From assembly GCA_951406725.2 (NCBI GenBank), contig OX597816.1, positions 172,174,001 to 172,238,000 of the forward strand: DNA of 64,000 nucleotides, in the 5' to 3' direction. The stretch is from Octopus vulgaris. Taxonomy: Eukaryota. The position numbers and the translations under genes are program-made. Positions 60,967 to 64,000 of this stretch are shown piece by piece. Positions within the stretch are counted from its first letter, which is position 1. Each line of letters begins with the position of its first letter. The notes below the pieces were generated by a model. The model was not told where the DNA came from. It worked only from the letters and a program-made list of their open reading frames with translations, and did not search any database.

Positions 60967-61939
60967 GTCAAGAAGATCGAAGAAGCAGTCTAACAGCCAA
61001 AAGTTCAAATCCTGCTAAATGAATCCCTGAACCAGATTGGCTTTCTATCTAAAAAGACAAGTGAACCCTCTTTGTAACAGAAATTTGCAGACATTCCAGC
61101 CTAAACCTTTAGCATTCAGCTTATTCTGTTATATGCAATAATTATTTATTCACATCATTTTAAATTAATCATGCATTATCTCATAGCTTTGAGATTTTGA
61201 TGATGTGATTGTATATTTTTACAATGACATTGTAGGATAGGTGTAAGAAGCCAGATCTTGATAGTTTGAAAATAAAACAGATAGAATATTTGGACTTGAT
61301 ATGGTCAGTTGAAATACTAAAGGGCTAATAAGGTTGGAAAGGAATTTAAAAAATTGCAATTTGGATTGTAGTATTTCACCATAATAGAGTGTTAGTCTAA
61401 TTCTTCAAAGTCTTAGGGAACCCCTGAAGCACAAGGCTTCACAATGTATCCATTAGATACCACGAAGAAGGTTTAAGAAATTTTGTCTTAACCAAAGCGG
61501 TAAAAACGCATTTCAGTTTTATATATAGAGATATACATATATACGACAGGCATCTTTCAGTTTCCGTCTACCAAATCCACTCACAAGGCATTGGTCGGCC
61601 CGGGGCTATAGCAGAAGACACTTGCCCAAGATGCCACGCAGTGGGACTGAACCCGGAACCATGTGGTTGGTTAGCAAGCTACTTACCACACAGCCACTCC
61701 TGCGCCTGTGTATCTATCAATGTAAATTGTATATTTTATACATACAAACTTTATTTTGTTCCATTTTCGATTTAAACTGTCCGATGAACAGGAACATGAA
61801 ACTCTGAGTAGCAGTTTTTTGTGATACTCTTGTGATGCTTTAGCAGCTTTAATAATGATAAAGCATATTATTCCACCACCAGTATTCGAGTACTATTTTT
61901 TCCCACCTTGTTTCACATTTATGTGCTTATTTTGGTATG

Positions 61940-61970
<31 letters not shown>

Positions 61971-62588
61971 TGGCATCTGCCACTGTCAGTGCTGGCAGCA
62001 TGAAAAAGTACCATTCGAGCGTGATCGATGCCAGTATCATCTGACTGGCTCCTATGCCAGTGGCACTTGAAAAGCACCCACTACACTCTAGGAGTGGTTG
62101 GCATTAGGAAGGGTATCCAGCTGTAGAAACCTTGCCAGAACAGACTGGAGCCTGACTGCAGCCTCCTGGCTTGCCAGTTCTCAGTCAAACCGTCCTACCC
62201 ATGCCAGCATGGAAAGCAGATGTTAAACGACGACGATGATGATGATGATATATAACAATATAGATAATTATGACATATTGTTACACCAGTCAAAGTTTAG
62301 GTAAACTTCATCACCCACTCACTCACTCTCTCTCTCTCTCCCCACATAAAAATGAAACTCATTTCGGTGCCAAAAGTTGCAAAGGGAAAAATGCTTTAGC
62401 TTTTCAAATATATTCTGCAATCTAGGATTATTATATACATTACTAGCAGTATCGCCCGTATATATATATATATACATACAAACATATATATATATATACA
62501 TATATATATACATACAAACATATATATATATATATATACATACAAACATATATATATATACATACAAACATATATATATATATATATA

Positions 62589-62994
62589 CTAGCAGTATCG
62601 CCCGGCGTTGCTCGGGTTTGTAAGGGAAATAACTATATAAGCATTTTTAGAGAGTTATAGCCAAAAAATAGCAGAAAAATGCATTAAAAATGGAAAAAAA
62701 ATTATGGTAAATTTTTTTTTAAATCGTTGACTCATCGTAGACATTTTCAGAGAGTTACTTCCCTTATATAATAGCGAAAAAATGCATTAAAATGGAAAAA
62801 TATGATGATAAATTTGTTTTAAAATCGTAGACTCATCATAGACGCGTGCTAATACCCAGAAGGGCTCGATATGAATCACGACTATAAGATACCCGGTTTT
62901 GGTTAAACTGCACCGCAAAATGTGGGAGTAGTTAGGAATCTAAATCGTAGGAGACCGACACACAACTTGACTTTTATATATAAAAATATAAAGA
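62589..62994 (-). mobile_element. Non-autonomous Helitron
   Basis: Same family with CTAG and hairpin end; extra 3'-terminal fragment at 62443-62458. Confidence 0.85.
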
Positions 62995-64000
62995 TATCCA
63001 GTGATTTTACGAGGTACCACTAACTTTTATAACCTCTGCATTCATTTGAAACTTCTTTGAATTTTCAATTTAATGTAATCCACACTCTCTCGAAAAGGTA
63101 TTTCTGCAAAATGTTATCTAAAATTATGGGTAAAGAAAGAAATAACAAAAAATATTTGAAAATGGGGGTGGGGTGGGGGAAATTTCCAAGGGTTCCACTT
63201 CATCCCACTCCGTTTCCCAGACCCCAAAAAAGGGGTTTGTAGCACATTAGGAGGTCACCAGAATACATTCAACAGAAAAAAAATATTTCCAATGATTCTG
63301 GGTATATTGAGGGAGGGGGGGTCCGGTTTCCCCCACTACCACCTTTTTTTTCAGAACAAAAAAAAAAAGGAGTTTGCAGCATATTAGGAGGTCAGGATAC
63401 TTGATTCCATGCGAAAAAATCCGATTTTTTTCTTGGTGAAAATCATGCGGGTGAAAGGATCAAAATTTACCCTAGGGTCAATAAAATAGAGTACAAGCCA
63501 AATGTTGGAATAAATATGATTCGTAGTATAAATAAGTATAATTTATCCCCGGAATTTCAGGCCATGTATCTTTATGGACCAAAACCTATCGCGTAAAAAT
63601 ACACCGCAGTATTGTAATCGCGGGCCACGAACAAATGAGCTTCTACGCAGTCATCCGGTGAGCTAGAAATAGCAACCAAGTTCCCACGAATACACTACCG
63701 CCTTAAAAATATGAAGGACACAACGGACCACCGAAAATATCCGTGACCATCGTATGGCTACTCATCAGGGGTGACCTGGGTTTAAACAACAGCGACAATA
63801 ATAATAATGATAATACATATCTTTATTGCCCACAAGGGGCTAAACATAGAGGGGACAAACAAGGACAGACAAAGGGATTAAGTCGATTATATCGACCCCA
63901 GTGCGTAACTGGTACTTAATTTATCGACCCCGAAAGGATGAAAGGCAAAGTCGACCTCGGCGGAATTTGAACTCAGACCGTAAGGGCAGACGAAATACGG

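Overview
Eukaryotic, AT-rich, repeat-dense DNA; the SINE families and microsatellite load suggest an octopus/coleoid cephalopod (inference). The minus strand carries 11 frame-consistent GT-AG coding exons (1722 nt, 574 codons, 40021 down to 15793) of an ATG2 autophagy gene. Its first coding exon and its C-terminal exons appear to lie outside the window. Nested on the plus strand, in the intron after the last visible ATG2 exon, is an uninterrupted CDS (9320-11851) for a signal peptide-LRR-FN3-like-TM receptor with a tyrosine-rich, ITAM-like tail and a PDZ-type C-terminus. The introns hold a complete but decayed hAT transposon (TIRs plus 8-bp TSD), mariner elements, non-autonomous Helitrons, TTAA piggyBac-type MITEs, RTE, HERO-like and Penelope-like retroelement pieces, and several tRNA-derived SINE families. 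The most unusual signal is a set of putative minimal hammerhead ribozymes in Penelope-type inverted/tandem repeats. They use three alternative core 3-8 pairs (C-G, G-C, U-A) and include a tandem, potentially dimer-forming pair on the ATG2 sense strand. All family and gene assignments come from recalled motifs, not database searches; repeat boundaries are approximate unless a TIR or TSD is given.
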